From the NCBI GenBank assembly GCA_965205655.1, contig CBDBIJ010000084.1:1-11517 (forward strand): DNA of 11,517 nucleotides. The letters run 5' to 3'. Positions 1 to 6,910 of the stretch are shown here, one piece after another. The notes beneath the pieces are model-generated. The model saw only the letters and a list, made by a program, of their open reading frames with translations, ran no database searches and had not been told where the DNA came from. Within the stretch, counting starts at the first letter, position 1. Each line of letters starts with the position of its first letter. The DNA comes from Candidatus Latescibacterota bacterium (GTDB lineage: Bacteria > Latescibacterota > UBA2968 > UBA8231). A program made the position numbers and the translations under genes.

Positions 1-1
1 C

Positions 2-583
2 CAGGGACTCGTAGAGACGCTGCTGGTCCTGGTACCACGCCTCATGGCGAAAGCTGGCGTAGAATTTGCCGTACTGTCCAGTGAAATCTTCGTGGTGGAG
101 GTGGAGCCAGTCGTACTCCGACAGCTTTCCCTCGAGGACGTCACGGTCCCACAGCTTAGCGTAGTCAATCTCGGCGTACTCGAGGGCCATGGTAACCGCG
201 TCGTCCCACGGTTGCGAGTTGGGCGGCGTGTACACCGCGATGTCGGGTGCCTTCTCGAGATGGATGACCTCCATGTTCGACTGGTCGATCTCGGCGTAGA
301 TGCTGGCCACGTCCACCTCAGAGATGAGTTCGCACAGGACCCCGCGAATCTGCGCCTCCTGCGACACCAGAGCGTGGTCTCGAACGACAAAGGAGCCGCC
401 CCTGTAATTGAGCAGCCATTCGACGGGAGCGTCGCGTTCGAGAATCCAGAAGGCGAGTCCGTAGGCTTTGAGATGGTTGGTCTGGGTCTGATCCATCGGG
501 ATGAGCAGACGCTCCGCGACGCTCTCGATTGGCAACGCCAAGATGGCGCTGGCAACGGCCACACGACACAGCCGAGCTATCAT
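2..583 (-). CDS. 5' part (194 codons, truncated by the window edge) of an exported conserved protein of the FCB-group family often labelled 'asparagine synthetase B'; function unknown
   Basis: Translated by hand from the ATG at 583, which overlaps the TGA of the TPR gene, with no stop before the edge: MIARLCRVAVASAILALPIESVA-ERLLIPMDQTQTNHLKAYGLAFWILERDAPVEWLLNYRGGSF...MEVIHLEKAPDIAVYTPPNSQPWDDAVTMALEYAEIDY...YDWLHLHHEDFTGQYGKFYASFRHEAWY. The motifs LIPMD, HLKAYG, WLLNYRGGSF, PWDDAV and WLHLHHEDFTGQYGKF match my recollection of this family. The N-terminus looks like a Sec signal peptide. Confidence 0.88.
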   Translation of the reverse strand, partial: MIARLCRVAVASAILALPIESVAERLLIPMDQTQTNHLKAYGLAFWILERDAPVEWLLNYRGGSFVVRDHALVSQEAQIRGVLCELISEVDVASIYAEIDQSNMEVIHLEKAPDIAVYTPPNSQPWDDAVTMALEYAEIDYAKLWDRDVLEGKLSEYDWLHLHHEDFTGQYGKFYASFRHEAWYQDQQRLYESL

Positions 584-2412
584 CCAGCTGCCGATCTGCC
601 ATGGAGGCGCCGCAGTCGCTGTACGTCGAGACGAATCTGCGGCGCTCGAGGATCATCAGGGAACAGGAGGAGAGCGGACTCGTAGGCCTTGAGGGCCTCG
701 GCTCCTCGGCCCTGCCGTTCGAGAAGGCTGGCGCGCCGGAGCCGCGCTGCCAGGGAGTGCGCTCCGCGCGGAAAGTCGCCGAGCAGTTGGTCGTAGAGGC
801 GCATCGACTCGTCAGGGTCTCGGTTTTCTCTCAGCTTCGCCCTGGTGAGAAGACACAACTCAACAAGCCCGGGAGACGCTCTCTGCGTCAGCGACAGCCA
901 GTGCTGTCTCGCCTCGTCGCTGCGACCCTGGCGTTCGAGGAGCTCAGCCCTGGCAAAAGTCGCCAGCTGCCGAGGTTGGTCTTTGTGGTCATCGATTGCC
1001 AGAAGCAGCCCGATGGCATCATTTGCCAGATCCGACTCCGGTGCTTCGGCGAGCAGGGAGTCGAGCAGCCCGGCGGCCGCCTCGAAATCCCCCTGGTAAT
1101 AGGTGAACACGGCCAGCTGTAAACGCACGGAATAGTCGCCTGGATTCGATGGAAGCTCCTCGAGCACGCGCATCGCCGTCTCCAAATCGCCGTTCAACAG
1201 AGATATCTCGGCTGCCAGCACGCCACCCGAAGTGATCCATTCTGCTCGGGCCTCGCCGACTCGCGGATTCACCCCCAGCAGGGGCTGCAGCGTTCGAGCC
1301 GCCGCCGCGTGGTCGCCGAGTGGATCGAGTTGGAGTCGGGCGAATCGGACGCGAGCTTCCCAACCCTCCGAGCGGGCGAGAGGGGCGTCGTCGACGAGAG
1401 ATCGATACGCAGCTGCCGCGGCATCGACATTTCCCGCTTCTGCCAGCGTCCGCGCCCAGCGCAGCATGACCTCGAAGCGCATCTCGGAGGCCGGTCCGTA
1501 CTCGAGGTACAGCCCATACGCCGCTGCCGCGGCGTCGAAGTGTCCCTTGGCCTCGCAGCGGGTGGCAAACTCGAAGAGTCCATCGGACGCAGTGCTCACA
1601 CCGGCAACGCTCTTCATGGCGGCGAGACTCGTCTCGGGCTCGTCCATCTCGAGGGCAAGGGCGGCGAACAATCTGGTGAGCGGAACGATACTGCCGCTGT
1701 GCTGCGACTGTCTCGCCTCTACCACACTCGACTCGAGCGCCACCAGCAAAAGACGTGAGTTCGCCGCGGTCGAGCCTACCGTCTCGCCTTCGTGGGTTGC
1801 CTCAGTTGCGGCCACCTCCGAGCCCGCGGACGCGGCATAACCGAGAAGGCGGTTCTCGACGGCCCGGTAGTTTCCGGTTTCCTCCGCAAGGTAGAGGAGA
1901 AGCGACTCGATGGCGGCATCGTAGCGGGCGGTCTCCAGATAGAGGCGACTCAATTCCCAACTGAACGCCTCCTTCCGTCCCAGACGTCGGCGTCCGTCAA
2001 GCAGCACCTGGATAGCGGTGTCTTCGAGATGCGCCTGGCGGCAGCGCTCGGCCACCTGAGGGTAGAGATGTTCGTGATGGGCAGGCTGGCGATCGAGGAA
2101 TCCCAGCCACAGCGTCTCCGCCTTGTCGGTTTCGCCGAGAGACACGTAGACATCGCCCAGCATGTAGACGGCGGTTTGGTCGTCGGGCCCGGTTTCGAGA
2201 AGGGCTTCGAGTATGTCAGCCGCCTCACCATACCTGGCTGACTGCCGCAGCTGGACGGCTTCGGACAGGATCCGATGTCGATCGGCCTGCCCTCGAGCGA
2301 TCACATCGGCCGGCGTCAGCGCGATCCACGCGAGGCACAGCGCAGTCGCGGCGAGCGGGCGCTGAGGAGTCATTTTGCGCCAGCGCTGTATTGCCAGTCC
2401 GCGCCCGTTCAC
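580..2412 (-). CDS. Exported tetratricopeptide-repeat (TPR) protein, about 600 aa
   Basis: Repeated TPR-type helical units (AVYMLGDVYVSLGETDKAETLW; ELSRLYLETARYDAAIESL; LRWARTLAEAGNVDAAAAAYRSL; LQLAVFTYYQGDFEAAAGLL; LRRASLLERQGRGAEALKAYESALLLFPDDP) and an N-terminal hydrophobic signal-like stretch (LAATALCLAWIALTPA). The start is either GTG 2412 (GTGA overlap with the upstream stop) or ATG 2373. Confidence 0.88.
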   Translation of the reverse strand: MNGRGLAIQRWRKMTPQRPLAATALCLAWIALTPADVIARGQADRHRILSEAVQLRQSARYGEAADILEALLETGPDDQTAVYMLGDVYVSLGETDKAETLWLGFLDRQPAHHEHLYPQVAERCRQAHLEDTAIQVLLDGRRRLGRKEAFSWELSRLYLETARYDAAIESLLLYLAEETGNYRAVENRLLGYAASAGSEVAATEATHEGETVGSTAANSRLLLVALESSVVEARQSQHSGSIVPLTRLFAALALEMDEPETSLAAMKSVAGVSTASDGLFEFATRCEAKGHFDAAAAAYGLYLEYGPASEMRFEVMLRWARTLAEAGNVDAAAAAYRSLVDDAPLARSEGWEARVRFARLQLDPLGDHAAAARTLQPLLGVNPRVGEARAEWITSGGVLAAEISLLNGDLETAMRVLEELPSNPGDYSVRLQLAVFTYYQGDFEAAAGLLDSLLAEAPESDLANDAIGLLLAIDDHKDQPRQLATFARAELLERQGRSDEARQHWLSLTQRASPGLVELCLLTRAKLRENRDPDESMRLYDQLLGDFPRGAHSLAARLRRASLLERQGRGAEALKAYESALLLFPDDPRAPQIRLDVQRLRRLHGRSAAG

Positions 2413-5400
2413 GGCAGCTCGTCCACTTCGTCCTTGAGGACGCCCGGGGTGATGTCGCCGACGGCATCCCCGTATACGAGTTCGTAGTAGCGGCGAATGA
2501 GGTCCACGTAGGCGGGCGGGTAGTCGCCCGCGAGGGCACGCTTCATCGCTTCGCGCAAATAATCGCGGGTCTGGCCCAGGTCGGCCGGAAGGCGCTGCGG
2601 GCCGTCAAAGGTCTGGTCCAGCCCTGTCTCCGATCGTCGTCGCCGCTGAAATCCGCGGGCATATATCGAACGACTGGCGTCGAGCATGCGCTGCAGAATG
2701 CGCTCCTGTGACTGTTGAAGTCCGGCATCGGGTCGGGAACGCTGCATATGGGCTAGCAGTTTCTTCATCTCCTTGCGGATGGCCTCGACTCTCTTGCGGG
2801 CGCCGCGATTGCCGCGCAACTCCCGCTCGAGCTCCGCCAGGGCGTTGTAGATGCGCCGCTGCTCGGAGATGAGACGCTTCATCTGCTCCCGCAAATCCGC
2901 AGCGCGACCGCCCCGCTGCCCCATTCCGCTCCCATCGGCCAGCATCTGTTGTGTCGCCTTGTTCAGCGCCGCCTGCTGCTCTGACAGTCCCAACATCTTC
3001 TGCATTGCCTCGGCAAATCCCGAGGGCATGGCGGCGCGGGCGAGGTTGTCGGCGCTTTGCCGTAGAAGGAGGACAGCCTCATTCAGGTAGCCCATGGCCT
3101 CGACCTGGCGTTTCGCAGCCGCTACCGCGTGGCGCTGGCCGAGGTGATGCGCCGCCTGTTCCATGGTCTGCATGGCCGAGCCCAGTGCAGCGGGCAAGCC
3201 GTGGCTCGTCGCCATGGTCCTGCCACTGATGGAAGCGATTCGCTCGATCGCCATGCCGGTTCCGCGCAGCAGGGCAAACTGCTCGTGGGCGTAACCGGCT
3301 GGCAAGGCGGCACCCGCCTCGCGAGTGCGCCCGGCGATCTCTTCCTGACGATGCGACAGTCCGAGAACGTCGGCCATCGCCTTCCTCAGCTCGGCGGCGA
3401 GCTGCCGTTTCTGCTCCGCCACGAAGTCGGCGCGCACGCTCTCCAGCCCGGAAGAGAGCACGCCGAGATCCTCCTCGAGACCCGCGCCGATGCGCTGTGC
3501 CTCCGCCGGCCGCGAGGCCTTCAGCTCACCCACCATCTCCTCCATGCGTCCGCTTAGATTCTTCTGCTCCATGGCGGCCGCTTCTGCGGCGAGGCCCTCT
3601 GCCGTGGGTGGGCTGATCTCCTCGAGATCGCCGCTGAGATTCTCCAGCTCCTGGAGCAGGCGCTCGGCATCGCGAGCCGAGCTCTGCTGCTGCGAGGTAA
3701 GTGCGGCGGATTGCTCCTGCCGCTGGCCGGCGAGGGCGGCATCGATTTGTTCCTGTCTCGTTTTCAGATCCGCCGCCTGGCGCACGGCCGCTTCGAGGCG
3801 TTGCTCCGCATGGATGCGGCGCAACAGGGCCAGGGTTCGATCGAGCCGTTGGTGAAACAGTTCGCTGTCCTCGGCGAACTCCTTAAGCGCTGCTGCCAGC
3901 TGGGCGGGATCGAGCTCCTCCATCCCCTGATTGAGATCGCGCAAGGCCTCACGTATTTGCGGAGAGGTCACATCGGCCATCAGTTCGCGAATCTCCTGCA
4001 GCTTGTCGAGTACGCTTTCGGATGAAAGTCCGTGATCCTCCAGCTTGTCGACTGTCTCGGCGATCTGCTGCGCCAGCTCATCGACCGCTTCGGCCCGTTC
4101 CCGCTGCTCTTCGAGAGCCGACTCAAGTTCCCTCTTCTGCTGCCAGTTGAGCTCCTCCGTCCTCATCAGTTCGCGTCGCACCTGCTCGAGCTGGCGCTGA
4201 GCGCTGCGCTCTTCTTCACCGAGCTCTTCGAGCGCTGCGATATGGTCTTGCTGCTCCTCGGCGACCTCCCGAAACAGTTCGTAGAGTGACGGCATACGGA
4301 GGACGTACCCGGTGCTCGCCGACATTTTGGGACCGGATACGGTGTCGTTGTCGAACGCCTCCACCCGATAGCGGATCCTGTCTTCCGGAAGAAGCCCGGC
4401 GGCTGACAGGTCCCAAAGATGCGAAAGCGTGAGGCGAGCAGCGTCGCCATCCGCCACGGCGACCGCCTCATCGAGCGGCAGGGCGCGACGTTGTTCGGCC
4501 CGCCCGTCGACGCGGTACACGAGATCGAGCGCTGATATGCCGAAGTCGTCGCCCACCTCCACAGTGAGCATGAGCTGCTGCTTCTCGGGCAGGTCGCCGT
4601 CCTCACCGGGCTCGGTAATGGCGACCCGGGGCAGTGCGTCGTCCAACACCCGGACGGCGTAGCGAATCGGATCGCGATTGCCGACCCCTTTGCGGTCGGT
4701 GAGCTCTACGTAGTAGCGTCCATTGCCGATTGCGGTTGAGAGGGAGTCGGCGACAGACCTGACGGTCGTGGAGGGGAATGCCAGCTCGACAGTGGCGGCA
4801 GCCCGGTCATCGCTCACGACGGCGGGAATGCGCAGGGAGTCTGGGGAGAGCACGAGCGCCGCCGCCGACAGCGGCTTCGTCGCCACGATCTGCACGCCCA
4901 CTTCGGTACCGGCGAGGCCGCGGATGTCGCCGGCCTCCTCGTCGACGCGGGGCGGGATGCGACTGTAGCCGGGATATACGTAATGCAACCTCAACCTCTG
5001 CACTGCGGGAGGCTCAATAACGATGACGCCGTAGATGTCGCTGATGCCATCCCCGCCGCGCACGCGGTACTGAAAAGGCCGCTCCACAGCATCGAAGACG
5101 TAGGCGAGGGAGTCGGCCACCTTGTCCACGAGAATCTCCTGCTTCTGCCACGGGGCTTCTTCCGCCTCGCGGCGAAGCACCTCAGCGGTGTGGGGCACTC
5201 TGCCGCTGAAGTGAATGTGGACGACGGCGTCGTCGCCCTTGACGATCTCCAAATCACCTGGCGAGACACCGATGCGGGTGCGAGCCTCGCGCGCGTAGGT
5301 CGTACTGGGGTTCGCGCAACGCACGGCTGCCGCCGACAAATCGTCCCAGAGCAGCCCGCACAGGATCGCCGCCGCCAACGTCGTGCCGAGCTGGCGCACA

Positions 5401-5858
5401 GCGCGCCACAGCGACCGCAGCTCGACGACACTCCGAGGTTCGATTCTGTCGAGGAGCCGGGCCGCCGCCGCCGCCGTAGCCGCGAGCAGCTCGGCCGAGT
5501 AGCGCTCGCTGCGCTCGCCCTGCAACTCGAGCGTGGAAATGAGACGCTGCTGGAGCTGCGGGCAACGCCCCTCGGTGTAGAGGGCGGTGCTTCTCAGGGA
5601 GATTCGTCCGGCGAGACGGCGGCGAGTGACGATGCCGAAACAGAGCAGCGAGCCTACGATTACGCCCATTCCGAGCCCGGTGCGCCACTCGGGACCCAGG
5701 TAGAGCGCCGCCTCCGCCGCCACGAGCATGAAGCCGAGGATCAGCGTGAGGGAAGCGCTGCACAGGATTGAGCTGGCGAGCTCCAGGGCGACGACGCGGC
5801 GGCGCAACGCCCTGAGAAAGCCGAGGAGGAGGCTATGGTGTACTGACTGGAGCCTCAA
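2409..5858 (-). CDS. DUF4175-like large membrane protein: three N-terminal TM helices, Ig-like beta domains, long coiled-coil C-terminal half
   Basis: 1149-aa ORF with a TTG start at 5858. Hydrophobic segments: SILCSASLTLILGFMLVAAEAALYLG, GLGMGVIVGSLLCFGIV, LGTTLAAAILCGLLW. Also an LQQRLISTLEL motif and a beta-rich region (YVYPGYSRIP, GDIRGLAGTEV, DALPRVAITEP, VGDDFGIS, LLPEDRIRYRVEAFDNDTVSGPK), followed by E/Q/L/M-rich heptad sequence and a C-terminal YPPAYVDLIRRYYE. Family assigned from architecture and motifs. Confidence 0.75.
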   Translation of the reverse strand: MRLQSVHHSLLLGFLRALRRRVVALELASSILCSASLTLILGFMLVAAEAALYLGPEWRTGLGMGVIVGSLLCFGIVTRRRLAGRISLRSTALYTEGRCPQLQQRLISTLELQGERSERYSAELLAATAAAAARLLDRIEPRSVVELRSLWRAVRQLGTTLAAAILCGLLWDDLSAAAVRCANPSTTYAREARTRIGVSPGDLEIVKGDDAVVHIHFSGRVPHTAEVLRREAEEAPWQKQEILVDKVADSLAYVFDAVERPFQYRVRGGDGISDIYGVIVIEPPAVQRLRLHYVYPGYSRIPPRVDEEAGDIRGLAGTEVGVQIVATKPLSAAALVLSPDSLRIPAVVSDDRAAATVELAFPSTTVRSVADSLSTAIGNGRYYVELTDRKGVGNRDPIRYAVRVLDDALPRVAITEPGEDGDLPEKQQLMLTVEVGDDFGISALDLVYRVDGRAEQRRALPLDEAVAVADGDAARLTLSHLWDLSAAGLLPEDRIRYRVEAFDNDTVSGPKMSASTGYVLRMPSLYELFREVAEEQQDHIAALEELGEEERSAQRQLEQVRRELMRTEELNWQQKRELESALEEQRERAEAVDELAQQIAETVDKLEDHGLSSESVLDKLQEIRELMADVTSPQIREALRDLNQGMEELDPAQLAAALKEFAEDSELFHQRLDRTLALLRRIHAEQRLEAAVRQAADLKTRQEQIDAALAGQRQEQSAALTSQQQSSARDAERLLQELENLSGDLEEISPPTAEGLAAEAAAMEQKNLSGRMEEMVGELKASRPAEAQRIGAGLEEDLGVLSSGLESVRADFVAEQKRQLAAELRKAMADVLGLSHRQEEIAGRTREAGAALPAGYAHEQFALLRGTGMAIERIASISGRTMATSHGLPAALGSAMQTMEQAAHHLGQRHAVAAAKRQVEAMGYLNEAVLLLRQSADNLARAAMPSGFAEAMQKMLGLSEQQAALNKATQQMLADGSGMGQRGGRAADLREQMKRLISEQRRIYNALAELERELRGNRGARKRVEAIRKEMKKLLAHMQRSRPDAGLQQSQERILQRMLDASRSIYARGFQRRRRSETGLDQTFDGPQRLPADLGQTRDYLREAMKRALAGDYPPAYVDLIRRYYELVYGDAVGDITPGVLKDEVDELP

Positions 5859-5929
5859 GTTTCGGTGGACCCCCGAGGAGGATTACCTGACGGCGAGCGC
5901 TGCACGAGATCTCGACGAGATGTCCGCGG

Positions 5930-6643
5930 TCAATGGGTCAGTGCCCAGACGACAATGTTCACGCCCATCTGCAGGGCGGCCACCCGCTTTTCCTCGGGAT
6001 CGCCATGAACGTGGGCGTCCTCCCAGCCATCGCCCAGGTCCGTTTCGTAGGTGTAGAGGACGACGAGGCGGTCGCCTTCGAACAGGCCGAGTGCCTGCGG
6101 CCGCTGTCCGTCGTGCTCGTGGATCTTGGGAAGCCCATCCGAGAAGCTGAAATGGCAGTGGAAAAGGCCGTGGTCGAGTGGCAGCTCGACAAAACGCTTC
6201 TTCGGAAAAACCTTCGCCATCTCGCGCCGGAAGGACTCGTCCATACCGTAGTTATCGTCAGCGTGAAGAAAACCGCCGGCCTCGAGGTAGTGTCTGAGCC
6301 GGACCACCTCCTCGGACGATAGCGACACATTGCCGTGTCCGGTGAGGTAGAGATATGGATAGCCAAACAACTCGTCGTCGCTGAGCCGCACTCGAGCTTC
6401 CGCGGCGGCCACCTCGATTGAGGCTTGTTCGCCAGCAAAACGGAGCAGATTCGGCAGCGACGACGGATCGCTGTACCAGTCACCACCGCCGTCGTACTGA
6501 ACTCGGGCGATGGTGAAGAGGAGCCCGGACAGCTGGGGAGGGTCCACTGCCGGATCCGCTGCCCGGCAGGGAAGTGTTACAGTGATGAGGACGACGATGA
6601 ACGGCGGCAGCCGCAGGGCAGCCGATGGGTGCCGGTCGATCAC
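5930..6643 (-). CDS. DUF4159 domain protein with a predicted signal peptide
   Basis: Characteristic motifs IARVQYDGGGDWYSDPSSLPNLL, YPYLYLTGHGNV, GGFLHADDNYGMD, GLPKIHEHDG, YETDLGDGWED, ALQMGVNI. The GTG start overlaps the upstream stop (GTGA). N-terminal hydrophobic stretch FIVVLITVTLPCRA. Confidence 0.9.
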   Translation of the reverse strand: MIDRHPSAALRLPPFIVVLITVTLPCRAADPAVDPPQLSGLLFTIARVQYDGGGDWYSDPSSLPNLLRFAGEQASIEVAAAEARVRLSDDELFGYPYLYLTGHGNVSLSSEEVVRLRHYLEAGGFLHADDNYGMDESFRREMAKVFPKKRFVELPLDHGLFHCHFSFSDGLPKIHEHDGQRPQALGLFEGDRLVVLYTYETDLGDGWEDAHVHGDPEEKRVAALQMGVNIVVWALTH

Positions 6644-6910
6644 GGGGTTGAGACGACGGCGAACTTGCCGCGGACAGGGTCACCAGTGCCGTCGTCGGCG
6701 ACAAAGAGGTAGACACCCGAGCCGACAAGAAATCCGGATTCGTTCTGGCCGTTCCAGATGAGCCTGCCCTGGCCGGGGACGCCGTCGAGCCGCTTGATGA
6801 GTTCGCCCGCGGCGGTGTAGATTTTCAATGTGGCTCCCAGAGGCAGTCCGTCGAAGGTGAGGCGGCGCGCGGCGGAGGCGTTGAGGTAGGGATTTGGATA
6901 GACGACGAGA
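6640..6910 (-). other. C-terminal secretion/sorting domain (T9SS CTD-like / FlgD-Ig) of the propeller protein
   Basis: YPNP, KIY..G.L, WNG, SGVY and terminal K-hydrophobic motifs lie in the last ~90 aa. Confidence 0.8.

Noticed and set aside
2409..4300. Possible SMC/ATPase or chemotaxis receptor, given the long coiled coil
   Set aside because: No Walker A/B or signature motifs and no MCP hairpin motif. The architecture fits DUF4175-like proteins better.
5461..5475. (GCC)5 trinucleotide run
   Set aside because: It encodes a short in-frame poly-Ala stretch (TAAAAAR). It is too short, and frame-preserving, to suggest phase variation.
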